Positions 60,722-64,000 of a stretch of 64,000 bases of DNA are shown piece by piece. The DNA lies in IMG/VR virus record IMGVR_UViG_3300013121_000018, positions 32,001 through 96,000 of that record; one strand, 5' to 3'. The notes under the pieces are model-generated. The model made no database searches, was not told the DNA's origin, and saw nothing but the letters and a program-made list of their open reading frames with translations. A program made the translations under genes and the position numbers. Every line of letters starts with the position of its first letter. Within the stretch, counting starts at the first letter, position 1. Source of the DNA: a virus. Taxonomy: Duplodnaviria; Caudoviricetes.

Positions 60722-62268
60722 TTTCTGAAAGATATAGGACTCTTTCCTTCTTTAATGGACTGTAAGAATTCTTCTGCTTCACCTACTGTGAAGTTCAAAC
60801 CTCTGGCTTTAGCCAAAGCAGAAAACTCTTTCATATTCATATCGGCAATGTCCTTTCTATTTGCAAGTTCTTCTCTAAAACCTTGATACTGATTAAATGA
60901 ACTTCCTATTTGTGTAAGTTCAGAAAACATTTGATCATTGAATTGTTGTTTAGCAGCTTCATTTTGAAGATTATCAACTTGATTTTGATAAGTTCTATTT
61001 GCAATATCTTGAGCTTTTCCTGCACGATATTGTCCTCTTGTAACATCTAATTGAGAATTAGTATTTCTTTCTGCCATATTAATTCCAGAAAGTTTATCTT
61101 GCAAATCTGCAATCCTTGCTTGTTCTCTATTACGGAATTGTTGAAATCCAGAAGATGTTCCACGATTCATATTTGACAAATAATTTGATACACCTAAAGC
61201 ATCTTGTTCTGCAGAAGTATAATCAATAGAGGCTCTATTAAATGAATTATCTGCATCTTGGTAATCTGGAAGAATTAATCTTTCTTTCTGAGCCGGTTTA
61301 AGGGCATTTGCGACACTTCCTGCAAAACCTAAACCCTTAGCAACCAAAGCTGGTATATTGTAGTTAAAAGGCTTCTTTTCAGGTGTAGCACCACCTGTGA
61401 TACCAGACTTGTCATCAAAAACAGGGCTTACATCTGTAGGATTCCCTCTAGGTGTAGTTTCAGCATTATCAAAAGAATATGGAGTATCGTCGTAAGTTTT
61501 ATTTGGGCTTTTAGTCAAAGTTGCTTTTACAAATTCAGCTATACTTTTAGGTCTAGTACCATAAGAAACTTCTTCTCGTTTTAAAGATTCTTGTGGAGTT
61601 ATTCCAAACCAAGGATCAGGTACTGTTGGTACTGAAATATCATAAGCGCCGTCTCCAAACGAAAAAGGATCGCTTATGTGTGGTAAGTTTTCATTACCCG
61701 CTTGTCCAACCATTCCTGGAGTTACTTTATAAGGTAACTGTGGAAGAGGTTCTAAATCAATTCCATTTGGTGCTTGTGGCATTGCTGAATCAATTGCTTC
61801 AGAAACACTTCTAACAACATCATTTGTTTTAGAAAGATTTTCTGCTTCAACATTTAAACCAGCCTTCTTAATCATATCCATGTCAGAACCTTTGTATTTC
61901 TTTACAAGTTTCTGCATATCAATATTAAATTTATTTCCTGTTTTCGGATTTGTAAGTTCGTCTGAGTACACGTAATTCTTAAATGTGTTTTCGTTATTTT
62001 GTATTTCCGCTACAGGTTTAGTTGTAGAAGGATTACCATTTGCATCAACTGTTTGCCCACCTTGAGCATGGTCTGGTGCAGAATACTGTGTAAATTCATT
62101 TGGAAGAATTCCTCCTTTTTTCATCTTACCGTAAGGACTAGCATTATACGTCATGTCAGGAACAACCGGAGCAGCAGTAATCTGCTCCAGCTTTTCCTGA
62201 AGAATGGGTTCTATTAATTGAGCAGCAGTTAATAAACCGCCCAAAGGATATTTTTTATTTTTTCTCAT
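60718..62268 (-). CDS. crAss-type structural / cargo protein
   Basis: H.QGG..AEI...E..YVYSD.L motif; Gln/Asn-rich coiled-coil C-terminus. Confidence 0.7.
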   Translation of the reverse strand: MRKNKKYPLGGLLTAAQLIEPILQEKLEQITAAPVVPDMTYNASPYGKMKKGGILPNEFTQYSAPDHAQGGQTVDANGNPSTTKPVAEIQNNENTFKNYVYSDELTNPKTGNKFNIDMQKLVKKYKGSDMDMIKKAGLNVEAENLSKTNDVVRSVSEAIDSAMPQAPNGIDLEPLPQLPYKVTPGMVGQAGNENLPHISDPFSFGDGAYDISVPTVPDPWFGITPQESLKREEVSYGTRPKSIAEFVKATLTKSPNKTYDDTPYSFDNAETTPRGNPTDVSPVFDDKSGITGGATPEKKPFNYNIPALVAKGLGFAGSVANALKPAQKERLILPDYQDADNSFNRASIDYTSAEQDALGVSNYLSNMNRGTSSGFQQFRNREQARIADLQDKLSGINMAERNTNSQLDVTRGQYRAGKAQDIANRTYQNQVDNLQNEAAKQQFNDQMFSELTQIGSSFNQYQGFREELANRKDIADMNMKEFSALAKARGLNFTVGEAEEFLQSIKEGKSPISFRK

Positions 62269-62269
62269 T

Positions 62270-64000
62270 TTATCTTATACTATTATTTGTAGAAGTATTT
62301 GTAAAATAAATAAGTTTTTTAACTGTTTCTTCTGGTTTGAAATACAGTCTGGTTTTAAACCATTTGTCTTTTAAAGGTCTTAAATTCCTCTGTGCTCTGG
62401 TGTAATCAATATTATCATCATTTGATACAATATCAATATAACCTTGACCATCTTCATATTCAGATTGAATTAAATTCCAATCAGAAGAAACAACTGGTTG
62501 TTGTACAGACATATCCCATATTTGACCAATCTTATAATTCTTATCGGTTCTTGTTACATTTTTTGCTGTAGCAGAATATGTAAGATTACCATAAGGATTT
62601 TTATCTTGAAGTATTAAATTCAAATCTTGAATACCTGTGGATTGATATTGATTATATACAAGCATTCTATTAAAGGTTACATCACGATTTTCAATCCATT
62701 GGTCAGAATCAGAATCTAAACTTAAAGTTTGTCCATAATAATGTACATTTCTTAAATCTTGTGTTGCAGGATTGTTTGAAACATACTCGATAATAAAATC
62801 ATATTTTCTATCATAGAATGTCTGATAATTACCATCGTGTAAATGTTTCCAACATTCATTGTCTACACATGAGTAAAAGCTGTGTGTATCATACATCATG
62901 AATTGTGGTTGATATGAATGCCAACTTACCCAAGATTGGGTTTCATAGCTGTATGATAATGTCCAAGACTTATTTATAAATAAATCTTTATTAGTAATAT
63001 CAACAAAATAAGAACTTCCAAATCCAGTTACTTTCCATTTACCATTATTAATATTAACTTGTAAACCGAATGTAAAATCATCATCAGATTCTACAACTCC
63101 TGTAAATAAGAGTTTAGCATCCTTTGTTAAATCATAATCTGATTTATGTACAAGTAATCTATCATATAATGGATCATATGATAACTGCATTCCTACACCA
63201 GCAATTGTGGATTTAAATGCAAGCTTTTCACTATAAGCATTGTAAATGGTTTCATTAATGGCAAAACCCATATTGTCTATAAACCAGTATTCTAGTTCAC
63301 CACTAAGACTTTTAATACCATCACCAAATTCATGCAATTGTCCATTTAGAACATCGGCCCAGACATAACCGTATTTTGTATTTATAGTTGCAAGTTTGTC
63401 TTGCAGTCCACCATAACCAATATCAGATTGTACAATTTCTTGTGGTGGTATTGCTAAGAAATCACCAGTAGTAATATATGCAAGATTCTGGTCTGTTGCT
63501 ATTTGTTGTGGATTAGGTTGTAGTATAAAAGAACCTTCTTCACAGTTAACAACTAATTGATTACGCTTGTATTTAAGACCGAGTATCTGTCCTTTATTCG
63601 CAGATACATCTTTATAGTCTTCAGATAAAGTTACTCTATATGTATCTGTAAGTTCCTCGTCAAATGATTGAGGACTGTATATAATTCTTGTAGTTCTGTA
63701 ATTCTTACATTGTCCACAGTAATTATATGTTTGAGGAATTGGTACATAAGTATAATCAAAGTTCAACCTTGAATAATCTTTATTGTAACCATAAAACTCT
63801 TTACATGGAGTTGTTCTTTGTTCAAAAGCACCACTTACAAGAGTGGTAATCTGTGAATAAGCATAATCATTGATATTATCAAAATCATTATTTTCGGGAA
63901 TAAAATATTTACTACATTCATCAGTTCCAGAATGTCTTAGTGCAGAATTGATTTCTGATTCAAACCATAAGTCTGAAGCATAGTTTACTTCAGCATCTCT
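62270..64000 (-). CDS. tail stabilization / muzzle-like protein (5' partial)
   Basis: Frame open to the window end (FESEINSALRH..FYGYNKDYS); SWTLSYS..WVSWHSY.P motif. Confidence 0.7.
   Translation of the reverse strand, partial: RDAEVNYASDLWFESEINSALRHSGTDECSKYFIPENNDFDNINDYAYSQITTLVSGAFEQRTTPCKEFYGYNKDYSRLNFDYTYVPIPQTYNYCGQCKNYRTTRIIYSPQSFDEELTDTYRVTLSEDYKDVSANKGQILGLKYKRNQLVVNCEEGSFILQPNPQQIATDQNLAYITTGDFLAIPPQEIVQSDIGYGGLQDKLATINTKYGYVWADVLNGQLHEFGDGIKSLSGELEYWFIDNMGFAINETIYNAYSEKLAFKSTIAGVGMQLSYDPLYDRLLVHKSDYDLTKDAKLLFTGVVESDDDFTFGLQVNINNGKWKVTGFGSSYFVDITNKDLFINKSWTLSYSYETQSWVSWHSYQPQFMMYDTHSFYSCVDNECWKHLHDGNYQTFYDRKYDFIIEYVSNNPATQDLRNVHYYGQTLSLDSDSDQWIENRDVTFNRMLVYNQYQSTGIQDLNLILQDKNPYGNLTYSATAKNVTRTDKNYKIGQIWDMSVQQPVVSSDWNLIQSEYEDGQGYIDIVSNDDNIDYTRAQRNLRPLKDKWFKTRLYFKPEETVKKLIYFTNTSTNNSIR

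Noticed and set aside
1-64000. Stop-codon reassignment (TAG or TGA), known in some crAss-like phages
   Set aside because: Genes are full length under the standard code, the breaks are explained by introns, and no suppressor tRNA is seen.
1-64000. CRISPR array, diversity-generating retroelement, integrase or IS element
   Set aside because: No regularly spaced repeats, reverse transcriptase, recombinase or transposase motifs were seen by eye.

Overview
A 64-kb segment of an AT-rich crAss-like (Crassvirales) phage genome, probably infecting a Bacteroidota host. Host clues are TAnnTTTG promoter elements, Gln(+1) signal peptides and A-rich leaders. The + strand arm (1-38770) holds tRNAs, small early and envelope proteins, and a replication module (family B DNA polymerase, DnaB-like helicase, AAA_24 ATPase, putative SSB, primase, UDG). 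It also carries a phiEco32-like amidoligase/glutamine-amidotransferase cluster and nucleotide-metabolism genes. The - strand arm (38876-64000) holds virion genes, including a ~4,500-aa virion RNA polymerase polyprotein; the two arms converge on back-to-back terminators. Three group I introns interrupt catalytic motifs: helicase Walker A, GATase His-Pro-Glu and RNAP DFDID. There are five homing endonuclease genes. Two free-standing ones appear to have destroyed their target (a tRNA gene; the PolB 5' end) while supplying a replacement copy. The RNAP polyprotein carries two zincin HExxH motifs, a DarT1-associated-type NADAR-like domain and a possible ADP-ribosyltransferase domain. An anticodon-less tRNA-like RNA and a candidate structured ncRNA were also found. 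All family assignments are by eye from motifs; no searches were run.
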